Source: the human T2T-CHM13v2.0 reference genome, Homo sapiens. From it: DNA of 64,000 nucleotides. Of this stretch, positions 13,446 through 30,235 are shown piece after piece. The translations under genes and the position numbers were made by a program. Position 1 is the stretch's first letter; the number at the start of each line of letters is the position of its first letter. The stretch lies in the NCBI RefSeq assembly GCF_009914755.1, contig NC_060926.1. One strand, given 5' to 3'. The notes under the pieces are model-generated. The model was not told where the DNA came from. It worked only from the letters and a program-made list of their open reading frames with translations, and made no database searches.

Positions 13446-16085
13446 TTACAGCATTTTTCTGCGTAAAATTTGCTTTGGATAGGAAGACAGTTTCTTTCTG
13501 TTCCTTCCAAGACCTGTTCCTGTCACTTCTGTAGTTTTTCTTGGTTTGCTCTTGACTCCGTCAACTGGGCTAGCCAAGGGGGAAATCAGCCGAATTTCTA
13601 CGGCAGGAGGTGACCAAGCACTTTCTTTTTCTGTGTTTTTGCTTGTTTTGTTTTTGACGTCCTGATTCCTTTCGCTTTTGGCTTTCCCACAGTTTCTACT
13701 GATTGTGCATCATCTTTCAGTTCATCTTCAAGCTTGTTCTTATTGGATGTGTTTTTTTGTCTGCTCCTTAAAGCAGGAGGTGAGATGACAAACTGAGAAG
13801 ATAAATCCGAAACTAATTCTTTCAGCTGTGCAGGAACCTCTATTTTTTTAGCTTTTGCTTTCTTGGAACTTCTGCCGCTGGAGAAAATAAAGGCTCATTG
13901 TTTGGTTCAGAAAGGTCCGGCAACAAGATGGCCTTGCTAGACTGAGTCCTGGTGCTGCGGGATGATTTAGTGAAGGAAGCTGTGGCGAGCAATCTTTCTT
14001 CCTGCTCATTTGTTTCTTTATGTGTCATTTCATCTGTGCGTTCTTCTGATACTGAGTGCAATGAACGTTTTTGACTTTGACTTTCAGTCTTTTTTGTAAG
14101 TTTTTTCTTAGAGCTCATCACCATCGAAAGTTCCTCGTTTGGCACTAAAATGGATTTTCCTAAAGCTGGTTTTCCAACATCAACATTTTCACTTTTAGCT
14201 GGGGTATTTCTTGTAGATCTCCTTTTAATGCTGGGAGCCTCTTTCTTCTTGGGGCTTCTCTCTTCCTTAACAGCCTTAGATCCTACATCTTCAGATGGAT
14301 TGATTTTTCTTGGTCTACCACGTTTTCTAGGTATGGCAGACATATCAAATTCTGCTTGAAGAGTCAACTGAGATGACTCAAGGTTGGAGTTTTCTCTCAC
14401 ATCTGATGGACTAACTTCTCTCCCTCTGACCCTTCTAATATGTTTAATAGGCAGCTGCTTGTCACTGGATTTATCTTCTTGCTTATTTCCTGTATTTTCA
14501 GAAGCATCTAAATGAGCACTTCTCAATTTTCTGATCATTCTGCTAGGACTTGTTACCGTACTAACTTTTAGATCATTTATAATTTCAACACTTTCCTGAT
14601 TTTCTACAGATCTTTTAATTGTTCTAGGAGTCCTTTTTGTAACAGATGAAACCTTAACTTCTTTTTTAGTAGTTTCTTCAACTGCTGGTTCCAACAGCTG
14701 AGATGATTTTAATCTTTTTGATTCCCTACCTGTAGTGATCTGTAATTCTTGTTCCACAGAACTGGTGTTTTCTAGTATGTCCTGATTAACTTCTTTCTTT
14801 CTCCTTCCTCTCCTAGGCGTAACAGAATTTTGAGGTATTTGCTGGTTCTGAGATAGTCCTCTGACATCAGAATAGATGTTTTCAGAAGCTTCAGAAATTT
14901 CTTTTGCCTTCCTAGTTTTCTTCTTGACTGACTGCCCTGGCATCTTAGGAGTAGCAACATCTGCTGATGCTTCCTGTTGTGCTGATTTGACATTCACGTT
15001 TTGGATACGTTGACCTCTCGTACGAGTTTTGGAGGAAACCACGTCATCAACCTGGCTGACATTCATAGTCATTGTGCTTGTTTCCTGAGCAGTCTTAAAT
15101 GCAGATTTGACTAATTTAGTGGGACACATTATGTTTTGGCTCACTAAAGGTATTGTTTCATGAATGGACTGTTCCATTGTATCTGAAGTAATTTCTTTAC
15201 TTCTTGTGTCTTTAATTACGTCTAGCAAATTTTCTGCAATTGCTACTTTAATAGGTTCAGGCACATATGGTAAAGTCTCTACTTTTTGGGACTTTTGGTC
15301 ACTAGTTACAGCAGATGGCAAATTTGCAACTTGTCCATGATTATCATTTTTCCCACTGCATACAAGTTTTTCTTCAGTTGCTGTGTTAGCTGCTTTAGGT
15401 AACACATCAGATGATGCAAAATCACCTGGCTCAACTTCTCCTTCTTCACCTTCCAATATCAAGGTAAAGTTGCTTGGAGCCACAAAAAGTTCCCCATCTA
15501 CTTCAGCAATGTCACATTCAGCAGTGTCTTTATTATCAGCTAAGTCACAAAACTGTTGGTCAATAGTATCAAAATTGTACTGAAGCTTAAGTGTTCCAGA
15601 GGGATATAACTCATTAAATGAAAGATTCCTAGCCTCTTCTCCTGAATCTTGAGCTTCAAGCTTTTCCTGTTCAATCACATGAATTTCTTGAGTATCAGGA
15701 GGGCTGTCAGAAATTGGAAGCTTTTCTTCTGGTAAGTCAACACTTTCTTTTAGTACACCAACTTCTACTTCATGATCTTCTTTTAAGTTCAGCGCTACTT
15801 CCTGGTTAAGCCTGCGCTCAGAGACAATAGGACCTTCAGAGATAGTGAGTGAGGAGTTTCCACCATCACCAAGGACATCAGCCATAGATTTATTGTCATT
15901 TGCTCTAATTGCAGAGGTGTAGGTTTCAACAGATGTTAATCCTTCATCCAACACTGGTACCTTGGACTTCTGGGTGAAGATTTTCCCTTCATAGACTGAT
16001 GGTGCACAAAGAGAAGCTTCAGTTCCTTGAACCGGGCTTAAGTGATTCAATTCTGAAAATGCCTCTGCTGCAACTAAGAGATCCT
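13446..16085 (-). pseudogene. ELYS C-terminal fragment with AT-hook PRKRGRPRK (14305-14331)
   Basis: ORF 13840-16050 plus manual translation of 13446-13840 (EVPAQLKELV...QILRRKML*). That last stretch is 395 nt, not a multiple of 3, consistent with a 4-nt deletion near 13643. Confidence 0.9.
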
Positions 16086-17792
16086 TGTTTCTGCATCTTC
16101 TAAATTGCCCATTTGTTTCTGTAGGTCTGAAGGAGTTACTTCTGATGCAAATACATCTTTATCTCCATCCTTTTCAGTTTGTTCAGTTACATTAGTAGTT
16201 AGTGCAGTGGAAGAGCTTTTGGGCTTAGAGGCCGTGAAAACAGTCTCTTCAAGGTCTTCCGGTGACAGTGCATCCTGATACTCTAAGGTAGTCTCATCGG
16301 ATGTGATTGAAACACTGCTGTTTCCTTTGCTCACATCCAGTTTCTCTAAACTTTGTGACCCCACATCCATTTCTTGATGCTCCTTTTCAGGGCTGTTCAG
16401 GAAAAAAGATGTGGTCCTATCTTTGCTCTTCAGCCATTCAGTTTCCACTGGAACTGCACATTTTTTAGGTGTAGTAAATACTTCTAATTTGCTATCATCT
16501 GCAGCCCCAGGAATCCACTTTGGGTGGACATCTTCTTCCACAAATGAAATTCTAGTTTCTTTAAGTCGTTGAGGAGACCTTCCAGGTGATGGAGAGGGAG
16601 ATGCTAAAGGTGTTGATCGAAGAGTAGACCTCAGGATGGACTGAGGAGTGAACTCAGAAAATCCAGAAGTAGTAACTGACATGGCCAAACTTTTAGCTTT
16701 GTTAACTACAAGAGGAGTTTCAAGCAAATGTAATTCTGAAGCCCTGGAGATGGCCTGAGGCGATCCTTTTAATTGTGAACTTGAGGGCAGTGAACGGGAT
16801 ACTAGGTACAAAGGAGATTTCATGGAGCTTTGCTGAATAAACTCCGAACACTGAGAAGGCCGGGGGACAGGCTGAACAACCAAATCTAGCAGTCTAGAAA
16901 TTTTTTGTGATGCTTTTGAAATTGGTGTTCCAAAAAATGCCTCAGGCAGCTCTGGAGCTGGGAGCGAATACACTATAGGAGATGGTTCTTCTATTTTAGA
17001 ACTATTGAAAGGTGTGGTGCTATTTATAGGTTCTTTGCTTGCCCAAACTTCTCCAATTTTAGATAACACATTGTTGATGAAAACAGATCTTGTCAACACA
17101 GTTCCTGTTACAACTTGCTTTGGAACTGCTGATAATGGTTTGGGTCTAGAAACTAATCGAAAAACTGATGATGTTGACAGATGATAAGGCTTAGCTCGTT
17201 CAATGGCTAATTTTCGATGGACTCTAGGAAGGATTTTTCCATACTGGTCTAATATAGAATTTCGAGCCAGTGATCTCTCCCGCAAACGAGGATCACGATC
17301 ATTCATAACATTAATCTTCAGAGTTTGGTTCAGCTTCAAGGGAGGCACATAATTGGCATGCTGCAAATGGTGCACTAAAAGGAATTCATGACTCTGAATG
17401 CTGGCACTGGACTGCAAAAATTTCACTAAACATTCCTGCTCAGTGTCTGTAAATGGTAACTTCAGTAAATCTTCCATCAAGCCCATTTCCTGACAGACTT
17501 CATACATGTGCTTCAGTAACTCCTCTATATTCAACCTATTGCAATGTTGCCGCAAAAAATTCCAGGCTTCAACCATGCACCTACTAAAAAGCAAAACAGT
17601 GAGGTGAAGGATAACATCGCTACCACTGGACACTGTTGGCTTCATTGTCTGAATATATCTGAGGGCTTGTCTGTGCTCGCCCTGACTCATGAATGCCTGA
17701 ATAATCTTTGAATGTTGCCATGACAAAGGTTTTGCAGTAGCTGGATGAAACAAAAGATCCAAACCACTCTCATAGTCATTATGATCTATCAA
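16074..17792 (-). pseudogene. ELYS middle fragment (572 aa) including SILR and RISF PP1-docking-type motifs
   Basis: ORF-track translation continues ELYS. It starts at TTG, not ATG, and is bounded by frameshifts. Confidence 0.9.
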
Positions 17793-20266
17793 CCAAAACC
17801 CTGAATAAGTTTAACTTGGCCCCAAGAAATGGCAAATACAGTTGGGAAAGATTCAATGGGAGTGTCTGTTTTGTTGGGAAAGGAATACATAATATCAAGT
17901 AGCAAATAAATGGTAATAGAGTGTTTGGCTGCTTCAGTAACGCCATCTAATAGGTACATATCAAGTACTGCATGCAGACTAGCAGGAGGATATTTTCCTG
18001 TGCCTCCTTCATCTCGTTTCCACAACTTCTCAATTCGCTCTCCTAACTGAGAAACCAGTCCATCAATCATCAAGCAATCGGGATTCCACTTCCCTCTTGA
18101 TAAACGCTCAAACTTCTGTCGACGACTGGTGTAGTAGTTCTGAATTACAGGGTAGTTGTAGCATAACCTTGACAACTGCACAGAATCATCTATGCCTTCT
18201 GGTAAAAGCCCAGAATGAGAGAACCAAAGAACCACTTGTGCATACTGACAGATGAGGTGGGAAACCACAAACTTATTGCTTAAGTCTATCAGTCCTCTCT
18301 CAGTGATCTCTCGGGCTTCTGATGCAAAACAGCTCAAGACTATATTAAGATTGCTAAGAAGCAAATAGCATTGCTGGATAGACTGTATAGTTTGTGGATC
18401 CATGAAATGACACGAACCATCAAATAATGGCACACATAGTCTGTCAAATTCCTCTTTTGTGAGAACCACTTTATTCCACGTCCATTCAAGAACAAAGCGC
18501 AAATTAGTGGCAGAATTTGGTTGTTCTTCTGTTATCCATCTTCGGATATAACCAGTCAAAAGTCCCAGGGAACTAGTCTGAATTGCTGTTGACAATATAG
18601 CTTCTAACTGTTCTTCTTGGCTTAAACTGGAAGGCTGAACATCAACAAAACTTGGGGAAAGAAGGCCAGCTACAAGACGTCGATTATAACCACCAGGAAT
18701 GAGTTCATTGAGTGATGGACCTGATTTCTTTAAAAAAGTCAAAGTCTCCTTCTGAAAGCCAGTACAAGTTAAATGAACAACTCCCGAGTTTAACAAACAA
18801 GTGGCATCAAAATTATAAGTGCTTGGGTTAAAAAACTGCTCGGGAGGTGGATATGAAGGAGGGACTCCTCTATTTAAACTTCTCTCATGTACTAATATAT
18901 CCAAGATGCCATGTGGAGAAGTCCTACTTACAACAGACTCCAATGACCACAGTGCAAAATAAGAGCAATTATGTAGATATTCTCCTGACCTTAACGAATC
19001 TGGCATTTGTGCATGATACCAACGATTTATATCAAAAAGCCCCAAATATACAGAAGGCTTTCCCTGTCCATATATATTCACCTGCCAGGTAAAGACTGAA
19101 ACACTAGTGTCAGGCGATAGAGCTTCATTCACGCCTTCCTCCCTGTCACCATGAGATCGAAATTTCTCTATACTCTGGCATCCCAACAATTTGGTATTAC
19201 TCGTCTGTCCCCTCAAAGGGAACATGCCACCTGTCAGGTCCAGAGTGTATCTTTCTTCACAGTATTCTAACCACTCATATAAGATTTGTCCTGATGCCAA
19301 ACACTTTCTATTACCAAAGGCCAGCTGCAGTAGATGCAAACTCAAAACATCCCCTTCACTATCTTGTGTAGACTGAACAGCCCACAAGTAGCAGCAATTC
19401 CGACGATCATTCTCAGGTTCTTGAAAAGTGACAGCATATACAGGAACTTGTCCACTTTCCAATTGTATGTAATATTCTCTTTTCATGCTTTTCATGTTCC
19501 AAAGTGCTAGATAGCCATCAGAAAAACCTGCAGCAAGCTGATTTGTCCTGCTTATGTAACTAAGAGTTGAAACGGCTGTTCCTGTTGGACTTACTAACTG
19601 GAAACACAGATGGCGCCCTTCTCTCATCACACTTTCTCTAATGTGTGGTACTTCAGCTGGGATACCAGTTAGAACTTCAAGATCTGATGCTTCAACTTCA
19701 TTTTGATTGCATGACAAGTCATCCAAACATAGGTCAATAAGAAGGATCTGTCCAACATCAGTGACCACAGCTGCCACTCCAAAAAGCCATCGCAGACTTG
19801 GATGTAAATGCTGAGTGCTTGCACTGGCTCCTCCATGATTAATTATAGGTTCAATAGCTGTTACCCTTCCAGGAAGAACAACTGCTTTAACTACTTTTGA
19901 TATTCCAAGGTCATAAAGACAGAGAACACTCCCTTCTGTTTCTTCCAATCCTATTAATAATCCAGTTCTCTTCTGCCAAGAGAATTCTTTCACAGCTAAA
20001 ACTACAGGAGGCTGTTCATTGACTCCACTGAATCTGTAAGCAGACAATCGCTCTCCTGTTATAGAGTTTACTACCTCAAGTTGTGGACCACAAGCCAAGC
20101 AAGCAAGTCCATTTTTCCCCGCAGCAAACTTTCCACGAAGCACAGATTCTAATGTTATTTCGTCTTCTCCAAGGGCTTGAAGAGTCACTTCTGGAAATGG
20201 CAGGAGACCACTAGTCACTTGAGCTCTTAAGTCTCGCATACTTCCACAGCGCCGTTCCGCCGCCAT
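17789..20266 (-). CDS. Open 825-aa N-terminal ELYS fragment (beta-propeller region plus start of helical domain), pseudogenic
   Basis: ORF from the native ATG, ended by a 1-nt deletion at Q-G-F-W (CAGGGTTTTGGTTGA). No evidence of translation. Confidence 0.5.
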
Positions 20267-20452
20267 GTGCCACCGCTCCTCCGGTCCGAGATTATGTAAC
20301 GAAGCCCGGCGCCCGCGAGCCTGCCGTACCCGCCACCGCCAGCGCTCGCCCCCTCGAGCCCCATCCGTTGGCCCCGCGCACGCCCGGCCTAGGCCCGGCG
20401 CTCGCGGGGCAGAACCCCCGCCGCCGCCGCCGCCGCGGGCCCAGGCCGCGCC
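20245..20452 (-). promoter_or_regulatory. CpG-dense copied 5' leader with (CCG)6 at 20418-20435
   Basis: The only strongly GC/CpG-rich non-repeat stretch in the window. It ends exactly at the TSD. Promoter activity is not shown. Confidence 0.55.
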
Positions 20453-20482
20453 TCCTTCTTTTCAAAGTCTGAATGATATTTC

Positions 20483-20752
20483 TTTTTTTTTTTTTTTTTT
20501 TTTTTTGAGACAGAGTCTCGCTCTGTCGCCCAGGCTGGAATGCAGTGGCGTTATTTCTGCTCACTGCAAGCTCCGCCTCCTGGGTTCACGCCATTCTCCT
20601 GCCTCAGCCTCCTGAGTAGCTGGGACTACAGGCGCCCGTCACCACGCCCGGCTAATTTTTTGTATTTTTAGTAGAGACGGAGTTTCACCACGTTAGCCAG
20701 GATGGTCTCAATCTCCTGACCTCGTGATCCGCCCGCCTCAGCCTCCCAAAGT
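20483..20752 (-). mobile_element. AluY, 5' end shortened
   Basis: Long poly-T and Y-type motifs. TSD core gaatgatatttc at 20471-20482 and 20759-20770. Confidence 0.92.
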
Positions 20753-20791
20753 AAGGCCGAATGATATTTCATTATATATGTGTGTATCACA

Positions 20792-21249
<458 letters not shown>

Positions 21250-23827
21250 TGAGAAACCTCCATACTGTTTTCCGTACTGGTTGTACCAGTCTATATTTCC
21301 ACCAACAATATATATGGGTTCTTTTTTTTTCTCCACATTCTGGACAGCACTTATCTTTTGACTTTTTGATACATAAATAGTTATTCTAACACTTGTGAGG
21401 TGATATACTATTGTGGTTTTGATTTGCATTTCTCTGATGACTAGTGATGTTAGGCACCTTTTCATATACCTATTGGCCATTTATGTCTTCTTTGAAACAA
21501 TGTCTATTCAAGTTCTTTGTCCATTGAAAATACTGAGTTATTTGTTTTCTTGCAATTGAGTTGTATGAGTTCCTTATATATTTTGGATATTAAGCCCTTA
21601 TCAGATATGTAGTTTGAAAATATTTTCTCCTATTATGCATGTTACCTTTTCATTTTGTTGATTATTCCCTTTGCTGTGGAAAAACTTTTTCTTTTGATGT
21701 AGTTGCACTAGCTTATTTTTGCTTTCATTAACTGTGTTTTTGGTGTGATATCCAAAAACTCATTGCCAATACCAATGTCATGGAGCTTCCCACCATATTT
21801 TCTCCTAGTAGTTTTACAGTTTCAGGTCTTACAGTTAAATCTGTAATCTATTTTGGGTTGATTTTTGTGTATGGTGTAAGATAAGGATCCAATTTCTTTT
21901 TTTTTGCATGTGAATACCCAGTTTTCCAAACCTAATTAATTGAACAGATTATCCTTTTCCCATTGTTTATTATTGCTGCCTCTGTAGAAGAATATTTGAG
22001 TGTATATGCATGGGTTTATTTCTGGGCTTTCTATTCTGTTCCATTAGAGTATGTGTCTGTTTTTATACCAAGACCGTACATAGTGTTTTGATTACTATAG
22101 CTTTGTAATATAATTTGAAATCAGCAAGTGTGATGCCTTCAGCTTTGTTCTTTTTGCTCAAGATTGCTTTGACAGTTGGAGTCTTTTATGGTTCTATATG
22201 AATTCTAGGTTTGTTTTTATATTTCTGTGAAAAATTACATTGGAATTTTGATTGAATCTGTAGATTAGATTATTTTGGGTAGTATGGATATTTTATGGTA
22301 TTGGTTCTTATGATCATAGATATTTTTCCTTATTTGTGTCTTCAGTTTCTTTCATCAATGTTTTGCGGTTTTCAATGTATAAATCTTTGACTTCTTTTGT
22401 AGAGTTTTGTTCTCAGTATTTTATTCTTTGTAATGCTGTTGTAAATGAGATGGCTTTCTTAATTTATTCTTCAGATATTTTGTTGTTAGTGTTATAAACA
22501 CAACTAATTTTTGTGTGTTGATTTTGTATTCTGAAACTTTATTGTATTTGTTTGTTAGTTCCAAGAGTTTTTTGGTGGAGCCCTTAAAGTCTACTGTCTA
22601 TACGATTATGTCATTTACAAAAAGAGGCAATTTTACCTCATCCTTTCCAATTTGGATTTTTTTTTTTTTTTTTTTGACAAATTGCTCTGCCTAATACTTC
22701 CAGTACTACGTTAAGTAGAATTGGCAAGTATAGGCATCCTTGTCTTGTTCCTGATCTTTGAGAAAAATCTTTCAACTATTCACTGCTTAGTACATATGAT
22801 GTTAGCTGTGGCTGTGTGATATACGGCCTTTATTGTGTTGAGGTACTTTTTTTATATCTAATTGTTGACAGTTTTTATCATAAAATTATGTTGAATTTTG
22901 TCAAGTGCCTTTCTGCATCTATTGAGATGACAATACAATTTTTATCCTTCATTCTGTTAATGTAGTGTAACACATTTATTGATTTGTGTATGTTCAACCA
23001 TCCTTTCACTTCAGGGGACTTATCCAATTTGTTGGTGTTCATTGTAGTCTCTTATGATGCTTTGTATTTATGTGGTGTTGGCTGTAATGTCTCATCTTTA
23101 TTTCTGATTTTATTTATTTGCATCTCTTTTTCGCTCCTGGATAGTCTGGCTAAGGATTTTTCAATTTTGTTTATCTTTTAAAAAATCAACTTTTTCAGTG
23201 TGCTTTTCTATTTTTTGGGGGTAGTCTTTATTTCATTTTTTTCTCTTATGTTATTTCTTTCCTTCTTCTAACTTTGGACTTATTCTTATTTTTCTGGTTC
23301 ACTGAGGTATAATATTAGGACAGTTTTTCTGATATCTTTATTCTTTTTAAATGTAGATGTTTATTCCTATAAACTTTCTGTTTAGAACTGCTTTTCATGC
23401 ATTGCCCATGAACATAAACAAAAACCATCTTTTCTATTAATTTAGGGGTTCTTTAATTTCATTCAGCAGTGTTTTGTAGTTATAAAAGTCTTGCACCTTC
23501 TTGGTGGGCTTTCTTTCTAAATATTTTATTCTTTTTGCTGCTATTGTATATGAAATTATTGCTTAATTTTCTTTTTGGATTGTTTACTGCTAGTGTACGG
23601 AAGTACAATTGAGTTTTGAGTGTTGGTTTTGTATCAGGCAACTTTGCTGAAATAGTGTATTAGCTAATTTTTGTGTATTCTTTAGGATTTTATATGCAAG
23701 ATCATATTGTCTATAAATAAGGGTTTTTTTAAAAACTTCTTTTCCTATTTGGATAATTTATTTTTTTTTTGCCTAATTACTCTGGCTAGAACTTCCAATA
23801 TAATGTTGAATAGAAATGGTGAAATTG

Positions 23828-28693
<4,866 letters not shown>

Positions 28694-29944
28694 TTCACTT
28701 AGCATAATGTCCTCAAAGTTCATCCATGTTGTAGCATATGCCAGAATTTTCTTCCTTTTTAAGTTAAATAATACTCCATTATTACTTATTACATTTACTC
28801 CATTATTACATTATTATTGCCTTCCTTTTTAAGGCAAATAATACTCCAGGTGTATCCCGCATTTTGCTTATCCACTCGGCTGTTGATGGACACTTAGGCT
28901 GCTTCTGCATTTTAGCTATTGTGAATAATGCTGATATGAGCATGAGTGTACAAATATTTCTAAGAAACCCTGCTTTTAATTCTTTTGAATACATACCCAG
29001 AAGTGGAATTACTGGTTGATATGGTAATACTATTTATAATTTTTGAGGCTCCATCATACTGTGTTCTATAGTGGCTGTTCTAGTTTACATATCCACCAAT
29101 AGTGCACAAGACTCCAATTTCTCCACATCACGTCTTTGCCATCATTAATATCACTTGTTATTTTGTTTGTTTTTTGTTTTTTTAAGAAAATAGTAACCAT
29201 CTTAATGGCTGTAAGATGTATCTCATTGTAGTTTTGATTATAATGATTAATGATGTTGAGCATCTTTCCATGTGCTTATTGGTCATTTGTATATCTTCTT
29301 TAAAGAAATGTCTATTCAAGTCCAATTCCCATTTTTGAATTAGGTTGTTTTTTTGTTGTTGAGGTTTAGAAGTTCACTATATAGTCTGTATATTAATTAC
29401 TTAAAAGATATATAATTTGCAAACATTTTATCCTATTTCCTGGGTTGCTGTTTTACTTTATTAATATCGTCTCATTTGGTGCTCAAAATTTAATTTTTTT
29501 TCACTTTTTCCTATCAACATTTATTTACTTATTTTATTTAAGTAGGTTTTTGGGGAACAGGTGGTGTTTGGTTACATGAATAAGTTCTTTAGTGGTACTT
29601 TCTGAGATTTTGGTACACCCATCACCTGAGCAGTGAACACTGTACCCAATGTGTAGTCTTTTATCCCTCACCCCCTCCCAGTCTTTCCCCCGAGTCTCCA
29701 AAGTCTATTGTATCATTCTTATGCCTTTGTGTCCTTATAGCTTAGCTCCCACTTATGACACTTATGAGTGAGAACATTAAACTTTATTCAGTCCAATTTA
29801 TTTTTTCTTTTGTTCCTTGTGACATTTTCCCTTTTTTTTCTTAGCTTATCATTTGTTCTTTTCAACTTTTTTACTGTTTGCCCTAGAGTTTTCAATATAC
29901 ATTTACAACTAATTCAAGTCCACATTATTTATTTATTCAGTTAG

Positions 29945-30235
29945 TTAGTTATAGACAGTGTCTCGCTTTATCACCCAACCTGGAGTGTAGTGGTGCAAAC
30001 ACGACTCACTGCAGCCTAGACCTCGTGAGCTCAGGTAATCCTCCTGCCTCAGTCCCCTAAGTACCTGGGACTGCAGGCCCATGCCACCATGCTTGGCTAA
30101 TTTTTGTATTTTTTCTAGAGACGGAGTTTTGCCACATTGCCCAGGCTGGTCTAGAACTCCTGAGCTCAGGCAATCCGCTCACCTCAGCCTCCGAATTGGC
30201 TGCAATAACAGGTGTGAGCCATTGCTCCTGGCTCC
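29945..30235 (-). mobile_element. Alu (AluJ-like)
   Basis: Antisense Alu motifs. Confidence 0.85.

Larger units (their letters stand above)
11703..20452 (-). pseudogene. AHCTF1P1: Full-length processed pseudogene of AHCTF1 (ELYS/MEL-28 nucleoporin)
   Basis: Intronless ELYS translation from [16 protein letters not shown] (ATG 20266) to ...QILRRKML* (TAA 13446-13448). Frameshifts at ~17797, ~16085, ~13860 and ~13643. Poly(A) at 11703-11713, ATTAAA at 11729-11734, AATAAA at 11745-11750. TSD tccttcttttc at 11692-11702 and 20453-20463. The P1 symbol is from memory. Confidence 0.95.

Noticed and set aside
17785-17805. Programmed frameshift or stop-restart between the ELYS ORFs
   Set aside because: A simple 1-nt deletion relative to the parent reading (G-F-W-L) explains it. 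No ATG overlap or stimulatory structure was identified.
13446-20266. Functional AHCTF1 gene, or a three-gene cluster
   Set aside because: No introns, a poly(A) tail, a TSD and frameshifts. The three ORFs are consecutive pieces of one CDS, and the second and third start at TTG.
20265-20615. Pro/Arg-rich ORFs over the leader
   Set aside because: By-products of GC-rich leader sequence running into an Alu.
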